Source of the DNA: Myxococcales bacterium
GTDB lineage: Bacteria > Myxococcota_A > UBA9042 > JABWCM01 > BTVJ01
Reading direction: 5' to 3'
Length of the DNA: 64,000 nucleotides
Assembly (NCBI GenBank): GCA_045863395.1
Contig: BTVJ01000033.1
Location: forward strand, 1 to 64,000
Shown: positions 38,324 through 48,200 of the stretch, piece after piece
Layout: each line of letters opens with the position of its first letter
How positions within the stretch are numbered: the stretch's first letter is position 1
Notes under the pieces: model-generated
Seen by the model: the letters and a program-made list of their open reading frames with translations, nothing else
Told to the model about the DNA's origin: nothing
Databases searched by the model: none
Translations under genes and position numbers: made by a program

Positions 38324-40732
38324 ATGGCAGACGTGGAGCAACGGCAGCAGGGCGCGGCGGTGACGCCGCGGTCCGGCGGGCAGCAGAGCGGAGTGGGCGC
38401 GGCGAGCGCGCCGCTCCGCGCGGTCGGGTACGAGCAGGGCGCGGCGCTGGTGTCTCCGGGCAACGGCATGGGAGGCGACTGGATGGCGAACCTCCCGGGG
38501 CCGCTCGGACAGCTCGCGAAGAAGCCGGCGGCGCAGCCGGCGCCGAAGGCGTGCCTGCTGGAGCCGGCGGGGGCGAGCAAACCGGCGCCCGGGGGCGCGA
38601 CCTCGGCTCCGCAGGCGACGGTCCCGCAGGGCGCCCAGAGCCAGGCGCCGCAGGCCCCGGCTCCCGGCGCCATGCCGTCCGACCCGAAGACGGGCTGGGG
38701 CGCGGTGCTGGGTGACGTCCACGGCGTCGAGGTGCGCCGGAACCTCGTGAGCGACCTGGCCGCCCTCAAGGCGAACGTTTCGGGTATCTCCACGGGCGAC
38801 AAGGCCTACCTCACGACCCTCCGCACGACCTACGGCTACTCCTACCAGTGCGTCGAGCTCGTCAACCGGTACTTTGCGCAGGCGCTTGGGCACCAGAACA
38901 TGATCGGCACGGGGAACGCGAAGGCCTACCTGGGTGAGGGAGATCGGGGCCTCGAGACCCACAAGTCCGGCGGGCCGGCGCGCCCTCAGCCGGGTGACCT
39001 GATGGTCGACCTGGACGGCGGTGGCGGCTTCGGCCACGTAGGCATCGCCAAGAGCGCCACGGACTCCGAGGTGGTCGTCGCGCAGCAGAACACGCCCAAC
39101 GCCTTCGAGACCACGGCCATCACGAAGACCGACGCCGGCTGGAAGCTCGGCAAGTGGGACGGGTTCCGGCGGAAGCCCGGGGCGGCTCCGCCGGCCGCGC
39201 AGGGTCCCCTGGCCTCGGTCGAGACTCTTGCGCGCGCCTTCCTTGGCTGCGAGGTGGTGGACGCCGTCAAGGGGGCGGCGCAGTCCGTTCAGACTCCCCT
39301 CGTTCGGGGGGACAAGGGGCCGCGGGTGGACGGGCTCCAGCGGGCGCTGGTCGGCCATGGCTTCATGCTGGAGGCGGACCGGCTGACGGGCCCAGGCACC
39401 TTCGGCCCCAAGACGGAGGCGGCCGTGCGGACGTTTCAGGGGGCGGTCGGGCTCCCCGCGACCGGGATCGCCGACGCCAAGACGCTGATCGCGATGGCCA
39501 CCTGGCGGACCCCGGAGCAGCGCGTGAAGGACGGCCTGGCGGCGGACGCGCGCACATCGGCGAGCCGCGAGAAGGCGGTACGGGACCTGGGCGACGTCGG
39601 CGGCTTCGGCGAGGGTCTCTACCGCAAGGCCGGAGCGGTCATCGACGCGCTGGTCCCGTCCCGGGGGGACGAGTCGCGCATGGAGCTGGCCGTGAATGCT
39701 CCGGTGGCCGCCGTGCCCGGGGCCCGGGTCGGGTTGCGCTTCGACGGCGAGGCAGAGCGGGAGGGCGGCGTGCGGCTCCGCGTGCAGCTCGGGGCGGCGG
39801 TCTCCGGCGAGGTGGACATGGTCATCGCCGAAGCCTTTGCCCAGGCCGAGCTGTTCGGGTGGATGGAGGCCTCTGGAGACGACGGCTACGAGGCCATGCG
39901 CCTGCTCTCGTTCGGTCTCGAAGACCGCGTCCGGTCGGTCAGCGGCAAGGCGGCCGACCTGGTCTGGGGCAAGGGCTTCGCCAAGGACGTGCGCTCCAAC
40001 ATGGACGACGACGACTATGTGGAGAGCGGCATCGGAGCGTCCGTGGAGGGCGGCATCGCCAGGAAGCAGAAGCAGCTCGGGGGGATGCCGGTGGCCGAGG
40101 CCAAGGGAGCGCTGGAGGCGACGACCGCTGACCGCCTGACGCGCGACGGGAAGGAGTCGGTCAGCTCCACGCGCATGGAGGGCTCCGTCGCGGTGGGATC
40201 GTGGTCCGGCAAGCTGTCTCTGGAGCAGACGAAGCGGGCCGGCGTCGTTGAGAACGAGCTGCACATCACGCCCCAGCGCGACGTGGACATCACGGACTTC
40301 GCCATGGAGATGGGCGACCCGGCGCGCTGCAAAGAGACCCTGCGCGGGTGGCTCTTCGAGGTGCTTGGAGTGGCGCACTCCGTGATCACGAAGCAGACGG
40401 GGTTGAAGGGCAACGGCGCGCAGACGGTCGGAGCCGTCTTCGACACCGTGCGCAGCATCGACCCAGCCGGGGACTTCCTCGCGGATCAAGCAGTGCTCCA
40501 CATGGCCACCAAGATCAAGGCGCTGCAGGCGGTCAAGATGGGCCAGCGGCTGGACATCGACATCTCCTGGACGGAGCGAAAGAGTGGGTGGGACGCGAGC
40601 CTGCAAGTCGATCTGGACCAGGTCCGGTCCCTGGAGCTGGGTGAAGACGAGCGGTCTGCGCTCTACGCCAAGCTGGAGGACATCACGAACCTCTTGCGGG
40701 TCGGTCCCTTGAAGTTTGGACCGGGGGTCTGA
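38324..40732 (+). CDS. CHAP amidase plus peptidoglycan-binding domain protein with an unknown C-terminal domain
   Basis: YQCVELVNRY...GNAK...PQPGD...GHVGI...AQQN (CHAP); LVRGDKGPRV...GTFGPKTEAAVRTFQ (PG_binding_1); GGAGG RBS. Confidence 0.8.
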   Translation: MADVEQRQQGAAVTPRSGGQQSGVGAASAPLRAVGYEQGAALVSPGNGMGGDWMANLPGPLGQLAKKPAAQPAPKACLLEPAGASKPAPGGATSAPQATVPQGAQSQAPQAPAPGAMPSDPKTGWGAVLGDVHGVEVRRNLVSDLAALKANVSGISTGDKAYLTTLRTTYGYSYQCVELVNRYFAQALGHQNMIGTGNAKAYLGEGDRGLETHKSGGPARPQPGDLMVDLDGGGGFGHVGIAKSATDSEVVVAQQNTPNAFETTAITKTDAGWKLGKWDGFRRKPGAAPPAAQGPLASVETLARAFLGCEVVDAVKGAAQSVQTPLVRGDKGPRVDGLQRALVGHGFMLEADRLTGPGTFGPKTEAAVRTFQGAVGLPATGIADAKTLIAMATWRTPEQRVKDGLAADARTSASREKAVRDLGDVGGFGEGLYRKAGAVIDALVPSRGDESRMELAVNAPVAAVPGARVGLRFDGEAEREGGVRLRVQLGAAVSGEVDMVIAEAFAQAELFGWMEASGDDGYEAMRLLSFGLEDRVRSVSGKAADLVWGKGFAKDVRSNMDDDDYVESGIGASVEGGIARKQKQLGGMPVAEAKGALEATTADRLTRDGKESVSSTRMEGSVAVGSWSGKLSLEQTKRAGVVENELHITPQRDVDITDFAMEMGDPARCKETLRGWLFEVLGVAHSVITKQTGLKGNGAQTVGAVFDTVRSIDPAGDFLADQAVLHMATKIKALQAVKMGQRLDIDISWTERKSGWDASLQVDLDQVRSLELGEDERSALYAKLEDITNLLRVGPLKFGPGV

Positions 40733-40746
40733 AGAGAGCGCCGCGG

Positions 40747-42597
40747 CTACTTCGGCCCGGTCTCCACCCGCAGCTTGGGGAGGGCCGGGGCGGTCTCGGT
40801 CCGGAGCTTGGGGAGCGCGAGCGCGGGAGTCTCTGCGCCACCCCCTCCATGCGGTGCCGGCGTGGTCTCCTTCGCCGAGACGACGGCCCGCGCCTTTGCC
40901 GCAGGGAGGGTCACGTCGCGGTCCACCGTGGCGCCGGGGCCGAGGTCGAGATCCAGCGACACTGTCTCTCTGCCTCGTCGCGTGAGGGTGAGGCGTGAAG
41001 CGCCCGGTAGCGGGGAGAGAGATTCGTCGCAAGGTGTCTCGCAGATCCGCTGTCCGTTGCGCGTGACCAGCGCCCCTGGAGGCGCCGACCGGAGAATCAG
41101 CCGTGCCGGAAGGCCATGAGACTCCAGCGGGGCGGTCTCACCCAGCCGATTGGCCTCCGTCGCGGTCCCGATCTGTGGAGCTGCCGCGAGAGTCTCGGGC
41201 TCACGCTGTGGCTCCTCTGTCTCTTCTGACGCCACCTGTGCAGGCTTTGGCGGAATCTCGGCACCTGCGGTCTCTTCCGCCGGCCCCGGCGGAGTCTCGG
41301 CGCGTGCGGTCTCTTCCGCCGGCCCCGGCGGAGTCTCGGCGCGTGCAGTCTCTTCCGTCGTCTCTGCGGCAGGTGGGCTCGGAGCCTGTCCGCCCGGACG
41401 GACCACCTCGGGGCTCGCCGGCTCGCCCGCGCGGTCGGGAGCCTCCGGGGCCGAGGAGACGCCAGTGCCTCCGGGCTGCGCCCCGCCGCCTGCCAGCGAC
41501 GCTGCGATCCAGGTCCCGGCGATGATCGTCACCGCCGCGACCGCCAGCCAGCTCCTGCGTTGCGGCGCCGGGGCGTCCATGGCCACGGTCTCCGACCCGG
41601 AGTCTGCCACCGGGACCGGCCCGAGCAGGGCGGCGATCTCGCGCTCCGTCTCCGGACGCGTGGCGGCGTCTCGCGAGCGCAGCTCCAGGTGCTCCAGCGC
41701 CGCCGCGACGCTGGAGGCGTTGCCCGGGCGGTCGTCCGACTTTTTGGAGAGCAGCTTGGCGACCAGCGCCGACCACGCAACCTCGACCTCGCCGGGCAGG
41801 CCGAGGCGCGGGAGCGGCGGCGTGGGCTCGTTCACGTGCTTCATGGCCGTGGCGATGGCGCTCTCGGCCAGAAACGGCGGGCGCCCGGTCAGCAGCTCGA
41901 AGAGGATGATCCCCACCGCGTAGAGGTCCGTCGCGGGCTTGATGGGCTCGCAGAGCGCCTGCTCCGGGGCCATGTAGCGGGGAGTCCCCACCGCGAGGCC
42001 GGTGCGGGTGACCGAGATCTGGTCGGTGTCCGGCTCGGACCAGCGGGCGATGCCGTAGTCGACCACCTTGACCTGGTCTGGCTCGCCCCCGGCGTCGAGG
42101 AGGAAGATGTTGTCCGGCTTGAGGTCGCGGTGGACGATGCCCATGCCGTGAGCCTCGCCGAGCGCCTTGCACACCTGCCGCACGATGTGCGCAGCCCGCC
42201 ACGGCGCGAGCCTTCCCTCGGCCTTGAGCAGCGCCTTGAGGGTTCGCCCCCGCAGCAGCTCCATGACCAGGTAGGGGCGGCCGTCGCCCACCTCGCCGTA
42301 GTCGTAGAGACGGATGGAGTTGTGGTGCTGGAGCTGGGAGGTCAGGTGGGCTTCCCGCTCGAAGCGCCGCTCCATGGCCAGCCGCTCCGTGGCGCCGATG
42401 CCCGGTGGCACCGCGAGCACCTTGACCGCCACCTCGCGGTTGACCGAGAGCTGGACCCCGCGGTAGACCGCCCCCATGGCGCCGCTGGCGATGTAGTCCA
42501 CGATTCGGTACTTGCCCTGGAGCGTGGTGCCGAGGAGGGGGTCCTTCCCCTCGACGAGGATGCGGGTCGGTCCAAGCTCGGACGGCGGAGCACTCAT
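40747..42597 (-). CDS. Membrane Ser/Thr protein kinase with a PEGA domain
   Basis: GAMGAVY, VAVK, HRDLKPDN, DYG, GTPRYMAPEQ; TM helix; LRSAPPGA...TPC. Confidence 0.92.
   Translation of the reverse strand: MSAPPSELGPTRILVEGKDPLLGTTLQGKYRIVDYIASGAMGAVYRGVQLSVNREVAVKVLAVPPGIGATERLAMERRFEREAHLTSQLQHHNSIRLYDYGEVGDGRPYLVMELLRGRTLKALLKAEGRLAPWRAAHIVRQVCKALGEAHGMGIVHRDLKPDNIFLLDAGGEPDQVKVVDYGIARWSEPDTDQISVTRTGLAVGTPRYMAPEQALCEPIKPATDLYAVGIILFELLTGRPPFLAESAIATAMKHVNEPTPPLPRLGLPGEVEVAWSALVAKLLSKKSDDRPGNASSVAAALEHLELRSRDAATRPETEREIAALLGPVPVADSGSETVAMDAPAPQRRSWLAVAAVTIIAGTWIAASLAGGGAQPGGTGVSSAPEAPDRAGEPASPEVVRPGGQAPSPPAAETTEETARAETPPGPAEETARAETPPGPAEETAGAEIPPKPAQVASEETEEPQREPETLAAAPQIGTATEANRLGETAPLESHGLPARLILRSAPPGALVTRNGQRICETPCDESLSPLPGASRLTLTRRGRETVSLDLDLGPGATVDRDVTLPAAKARAVVSAKETTPAPHGGGGAETPALALPKLRTETAPALPKLRVETGPK
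41249..41357 (-). repeat. 39-bp coding tandem repeat (EETARAETPPGPA), about 2.8 copies, in the kinase linker
   Basis: Read directly from the sequence. Confidence 0.8.
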
Positions 42598-42677
42598 GGG
42601 GCAGGATCCAACCGTGGTTCCCGGCCGGCGTCAAGCGGTTTCACGGAGGGACTGCCCTGCACGGCCCGAGGCGGGGG

Positions 42678-43694
42678 TCAGAAGCAGCCCGACAGCACGA
42701 AACCAGCGCCCCCGGGCGTCGCGAGGGGCGCGACCGCGGTGTCGTCGTCGCCCGTCGCGAAGAACAGCGCCACCCCCGTGATCGCCGAGGCTGCCCCCAC
42801 GCCGTAGAGCGCGTAGGCGGAGTACCCGTAGGCGCGCATGGACGAGTCGGCGTCCTCCCAGCGGGAGCGGCGCTCCTCGTCCGTCATTCCGGTGACGGGA
42901 GCTGCATACCGGCCGGCGTCCTCGCTCGCGTCGAGCGCGGCCACGTGCAGGCCGACGGCGGCGGCGATCATCGCTCCCCCGGCTCCGATGAGGGTCCACT
43001 CCAGGACCCGGGGTGAGGGCGGAGCGGGCTTCCCGGCGACGACCGGCGCGGGCCGCGGCTCCTGCGGGGCCTGCGCGAGCGCGATGAGCGTGGAGACCTC
43101 GGCCCCCGGCCGGGGAGTGACTCGCGTCGTCGATGGCGCGTGCCCGGGGGCCTCGGCGACGACCTCGATGGGCTCGGAGAGCGCGATGGTGCGAGGTGCG
43201 GTGAGGCGGTGTCCCCCGACGGTCAGCGTCGCCCCGGCAGGCGTGGTCTGGAGGCGCGCCCACCCGAGGGGAGGGACGGTGGCGGCGGCGCTCCGGCGGA
43301 GGTGCTCCTCGACGAGCGCCATCTCCTCGAAGGTCGGGTCCAGATCGGCGGCCTGGAGCGCCGCGGCGACCACCTCGGCGTGCCGCCCTTGGCCCGCCAG
43401 GATGGTCGCCCTGAGGAGCGCTGTGCTGGCGTTGGGCACAGCGGCCCAGGCCTCATCGGCGGCGGCCAGGGCGCCGGCCAGGTCGCCCGCACCGTGGTAC
43501 TGCTCTACCCGCGCGTACGCGGCCTCTGCGAGCCCCACAGCCTCTGGGCTTGAGGGTCCCATCCGAGGGAGCTCAGGGACGATCAGCGTCGGCTCGGCGT
43601 CGGCTCGCAGCGGCAGGACCGCACAAACGACCCAGAGCGCGAGCGTAGGGGGAAGCGCTGTGCCTGGACTCCTCGACCCTGACCGGTTCCCCAT
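42678..43694 (-). CDS. Exported TPR/PEGA-like protein
   Basis: Signal-like segment, helical repeat, LQTTPAGATLTV PEGA-like segment, C-terminal hydrophobic hairpin; start uncertain. Confidence 0.6.
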   Translation of the reverse strand: MGNRSGSRSPGTALPPTLALWVVCAVLPLRADAEPTLIVPELPRMGPSSPEAVGLAEAAYARVEQYHGAGDLAGALAAADEAWAAVPNASTALLRATILAGQGRHAEVVAAALQAADLDPTFEEMALVEEHLRRSAAATVPPLGWARLQTTPAGATLTVGGHRLTAPRTIALSEPIEVVAEAPGHAPSTTRVTPRPGAEVSTLIALAQAPQEPRPAPVVAGKPAPPSPRVLEWTLIGAGGAMIAAAVGLHVAALDASEDAGRYAAPVTGMTDEERRSRWEDADSSMRAYGYSAYALYGVGAASAITGVALFFATGDDDTAVAPLATPGGAGFVLSGCF

Positions 43695-44046
43695 GTTCGC
43701 TCCTCGTGCGCGCCTCAGCCGAGAGAAGGCCAGGGCCGAGCATAAACCCCGGCTTCCGTTCTGGTCAATCGGGGCGGAGGGGCGCCTGCCCTTCCGCGCC
43801 TGCACAGCGAAGACCTCGTCGGGAGTCGTCCTGTCAGGAGGTGTCTTCGTCGCGTGCGGCCAAGCGGCGACTCCCCGCCGGTGAGGCGGTGAAGCCGGTG
43901 GCCTCCGTCGGTCTGTCGCTGAAGCCGCTGAGGGCCTCGGGGAGGCTGCCACGGTGCCTGGAGAGCCCGAGGTGAGTGGGAGGCCTGGCGTGATGCGGGG
44001 GGGCCGCCGGGGACACGGCCTGCTCGTCGCCCGCGGTGGGAGAGCG

Positions 44047-45030
44047 CTACTGTTCGGCGAAGATCTCGTCCAGGGTGGTCGCGTCGAGGACGCGGTCGAC
44101 CCAGCGGTCGAGCTGCTCGCGGGTGGCGGCGGTCATGCGGTCGTCGGCCCAGGCGGGGAGGGGCCCGAAGCGTCGCTCAAGCAGCCGTCGGAGCACCGCG
44201 GCCTCGCCCAGCCCCCGCCCCTTCTCGATGCCCTTCTCGATGCCCTTCTCGATGCCCGTCTGGATGCCCTTCTCGATGCCGATGCGCTCGATGCTGGTGA
44301 TGTAAGGCATGTGTCTCTCCTGCTCGATTCTGTCGAGGGTGTCTCTGAACGTGAACTCCAGGTCTCGTGGAAGGACGAGTACCCAGTCGATGAAACGGAA
44401 GAGGTTGAGGACATCGTCCCTGGACGCGCCTCGGTCGTATAACAAGGTGGTCAGCTCGGTCTTCCATTGGAGGCGCAGGGCTGGGTCTCTGCGGGAGTCG
44501 ATGGCGCGGAGATGCGCGAGTACGGCGATGGCGAACGGGTTGTCGCTCTTGGTGAGTGAATCGACGTCGCTGCGGAGGTCGAGGAGCTTCACGGCGGGAA
44601 ACTGCATGGAGACGTGTGTGCCCCAGAGGCGCGAGTCGAAGCGGCTTGGGCGCCACGCGGGGCGGTCGTCGGCGAGGACGGCGAAGCTGGCGACGGAGGC
44701 GTCGTAACGGTCGAAGAGGCGGTAGTTGTAGACGAACATGCGCTTGGCGAAGAGGTGGTCGTCGGTGCCTTGGACCTCGATGTGTGCGAAGACCCAGGTC
44801 TCGTCGCCGGAGATCTTGAAGACCCGGACGAGCTTGTCGGCGTATTGTCGGCCGAGGTCTGCGTCCCTGGTGACCTGCTGTAGCTCGGTGTCGAGGAAGT
44901 CGTAGGGCCTCGCCCAGTCGATGTCGGCTGCTGCCTCGGGGAAGAAGAGCTCCATGAAGCGGGGGAAGTAGGCCTCGAGGATCTCCTTCCACGGGCTGTC
45001 GAAGTCTGACGAAGTGGGGTCGTCGGCCAC
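44047..45030 (-). CDS. Rpn/PD-(D/E)XK-family nuclease-like protein with GIEK repeats and a DUF4351-like tail
   Basis: DSPWKE...FLDTEL...ADKLV...HIEVQ...RMFVYNYRLFDRY; tail RLLERRFGPLP...LDEIF. Confidence 0.8.
   Translation of the reverse strand: MADDPTSSDFDSPWKEILEAYFPRFMELFFPEAAADIDWARPYDFLDTELQQVTRDADLGRQYADKLVRVFKISGDETWVFAHIEVQGTDDHLFAKRMFVYNYRLFDRYDASVASFAVLADDRPAWRPSRFDSRLWGTHVSMQFPAVKLLDLRSDVDSLTKSDNPFAIAVLAHLRAIDSRRDPALRLQWKTELTTLLYDRGASRDDVLNLFRFIDWVLVLPRDLEFTFRDTLDRIEQERHMPYITSIERIGIEKGIQTGIEKGIEKGIEKGRGLGEAAVLRRLLERRFGPLPAWADDRMTAATREQLDRWVDRVLDATTLDEIFAEQ
44219..44280 (-). repeat. 12-bp coding repeat (GIEK/GIQT), about 5 copies
   Basis: CCCTTCTCGATG units on the + strand. Confidence 0.85.
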
Positions 45031-45280
45031 CTCAGTCTGGACGTTCCGGTCCCTCTGTGTCACGTCGGTCCTCGCTCTTGCGGTCTGCCCGCGCTCGGGC
45101 GGGGCCAGGCCAGCCCTGGCAGGGTAGGCGGAGGAGCGGGCGGAGATCAAGGCGTTGCCTGGTGATTGGGGACGTGCTACAGGGCTGGGATGCGCGGGTT
45201 GGTCGGCGGGCGACGCGAGGTCGGTGCTTCGCGCCGTGCGGCGGGTGGGGTTGTACGTCGAGCACAGAGGAGGTCGAGCG

Positions 45281-48200
45281 ATGGGGAGCGATGGGACGGG
45301 GCTGCGTGGGGTGGTGGCGCGCGTGGCGCGGCTGGGTGGAGCGGCGGTGGTGGTCTGCACGCTGTGGGCGGCTGCGTTGGCGGAGGCGGCGCCCGGGGCG
45401 ATCCCGTATCGAGGGGAGCTGACCTACGCGGACGGGACTCCCTTTGACGGGACGGTGGAGGTGAAGGCTGCGCTGTATGCGTCGGAGACTGGAGGCACGG
45501 CGGTCTGGGGCCCTGCGACGTGGCCGTCGGTGTCGGTGAACGGCGGTACGCTGGAGGTGGTTCTCGGCGACGCGCCGAGCCCTGCGCTGGACGGGTCGGA
45601 GCTCCCTCCGGACGGGCTTTGGCTGGAGCTGTGGGTGGACGGGGTCAAGCTGGAGCCTCGGCAGCGTGTGCTCTCGACGGCGTACTCGCTGCGTTCGGGG
45701 GACGCGGAGCGCCTCGGCGGCGAGGAGGCGAGCGCGTATGCGACGCACGAGTCTGTCGAGGCCGCGGGCTATCTGCGGTCGAGCGATGTCTCCTCGGTGG
45801 CGCTGACGGGCGCCTATGGCGACCTGAGCGGGACGCCGAGCCTGAGCGTCTACGCACAGAAGAGCGAGCTTGCAGCGGTGGCGACGAGCGGGGCGTATGC
45901 AGACCTGACGGGAGCGCCGAGCCTTGGGGCGTATGCGCTCGTTTCGGAGGTGGCGCCGGTGTGCTGGTCGGGGTCCTACGCGGACCTCGCCAACACGCCC
46001 GACCTGTCGGTGTTCGTTCTGGTGACGGACCTCCACCCCATTGCGCAGTCCGGCGCGTGGTCAGACCTGGAGGGGGCGCCTGACGCGGCGGCCTTCCTTC
46101 GCGCGGACGGGACGACGCCTCTCGGCGGCCCGTGGGACGCCGGGGGCCAGCCTGTGTCGAACCTGGTTGTGGGGAGCTCTGCGAGCCCGCCGTCGGGGGT
46201 GGCGGGTCAGCTCTGGTGGGACGGTGCGGCGGGGGTGCTGAAGATCCACGACGGGTCGTCGTGGCTCCCCGTGAGCGGCGAGGCGGGGGGCGGTGGCGTT
46301 GCGACGGCGTTGCAGTGCAGCGGCTGCGTGGACGAGGTGGCGCTGTCGTTCGCGCTGAGCGCCGTGGCCAAGAGCGGGAGCTACGGGGACCTGAGCGGCG
46401 CGCCGGCGCTCGCCGCGGTGGCGACGAGCGGCCAGTACGCGGACCTGTCAGGCGCCCCGAGCCTCGACGCCTACGCCATGAAGTCGAGTCTGTCGGCGGT
46501 GGCGACGAGCGGGAAGTACGGGGACCTGTCGGGCGCGCCGAGCCTCGCGGACTACGCCAAGAAGGCGGAGCTGTCCGCGGTGGCGAGCACGGGCGCCTAC
46601 ACGGACCTGTCCGGGACGCCGAACCTTGGGGGCTACGCGCTGATCTCTGATGTGGCTCCGGTGTGCTGGTCCGGGTCCTACGCGGAGCTTTCGAACACTC
46701 CGGATCTGTCGTCGTTCGTGCACCTGGCGGACCTGCACCCCATCGCGCAGTCTGGCTCCTACGCAGATCTGGCGGGCAAGCCGGACCTCGGCGCGTATCT
46801 TCGCGCGGATGGGACGGTGAAGCCCGTGGCGCCGCTGGACCTGTCGCAGCAGCCCTTGTTGAACGTGGTGGTGCACAACGCGGCGGTTGCCCCCGGGTCT
46901 CCGAAGCCGGGTCAGCTCTGGTACGACACGACGTCGTCGTCGCTGCGTGTGTGGACGGGCCTGTCGTGGGTGGCGACGGGCGGCGCGGCGGTGCTCCCCG
47001 TCGATGGTCTCGACCAGGTGTCGAACGGGGTGTTGACGACGAAGTTCGAGTCGAGCGCGTGGTCGAGCGGGGTGCCGGCGGAGGTGAAGGACTACTGGCC
47101 GGCGGGGACGAGCGTGAGCCTGACGGTGAATGACCCGGGGGCGCTGCTGTGGCTCAAGGTCCATGTGAAGGTGACGCACCCGAGCGCGACGGATCTCCGG
47201 GTGGTGCTGACTCCTCCGAGCGGCGGGCCCATCGTGCTGCACGACCGGACGGCGGGGCAGGCGGGTGGCCTCGACGGGGAGTGGCCGCCGCTGGTGCCAG
47301 CATCGGGTGACCTCACGAGCCTCCTCGGCACGGATCCGTCGGGCGTCTGGAGCGTGCACGTGGAGGACCAGGTGTTCAGCGGCGGGGTTGGCGGGACCAT
47401 CGCGAAGCTCGGGGTGAGCTACGGGATCCTGCGGGGGACGCAGGTGGCGGTGAAGGGCGACCAGATCGTGGAGGGCGCGCTGACGGTGGGTGGGGTGGAC
47501 GTGGGGGCGGAGCTCGCCTCTCTGAAGGCGGAGGTGTGGTGCCTGAAGGAGTGCGACGAGGCGAAGAAGGGGGACTGCCGGAAGTACGCGTGCGACGGGG
47601 CGTCGCAGGCGTGCCTGGACGCGGGCGGGCAGCCTGACGGGGCGGCGTGCTGGGGAGGAGCGGGGGTGTGCTTCGGCAGCGCGTGCTGCGTTCCGGGGAC
47701 GTGCGCGACGCTCGGGGCAGGGTGCGGGCTCGTGGCGGACGGGTGCGGCGGAGTGATCGCGTGCGGGGAGTGCGTCGCGGGTCAGGTGTGCCACCAGAGC
47801 CAGTGCTGCGCGCCAGCGACGTGCGACGGGCTCGGGAAGGAGTGCGGGACGTGGGGGGATGGGTGTGGGGGCGTGGTGGAGTGCGGAGGATGCACGGGCG
47901 ATTACGCCTGCGGTCCATCGGGGGCGTGCGACGCGTGGCTGGGCACCTGCGGCGGCGTCTCCTGCCCGTCGTTGAGCGGATACACGGCTACGTGCAACCC
48001 TCAGTCCCACTGCGAGTACGTCCGGAGCGCCCCGACGGCCCCCTGGCACACGTGGGACGTGTGGATCTACGTGCCGCCGGGGAGCTTCCCGATGGGGTGT
48101 CCGGGCGGGAGCGAGACCTGCGGTGGCTCATCTGAGCAGCCGGTGCACACGGTGACCTTCGCGACGGGCTACCTCATCGCGAAGCACGAGATCGTGGTCA

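Noticed and set aside
33352..41032. ORFs of about 1000 aa antisense to pheST and the CHAP gene
   Set aside because: Arg/Gly/Pro-rich antisense shadows of well-supported genes; the same applies to 16878-19916 and 53158-56340.
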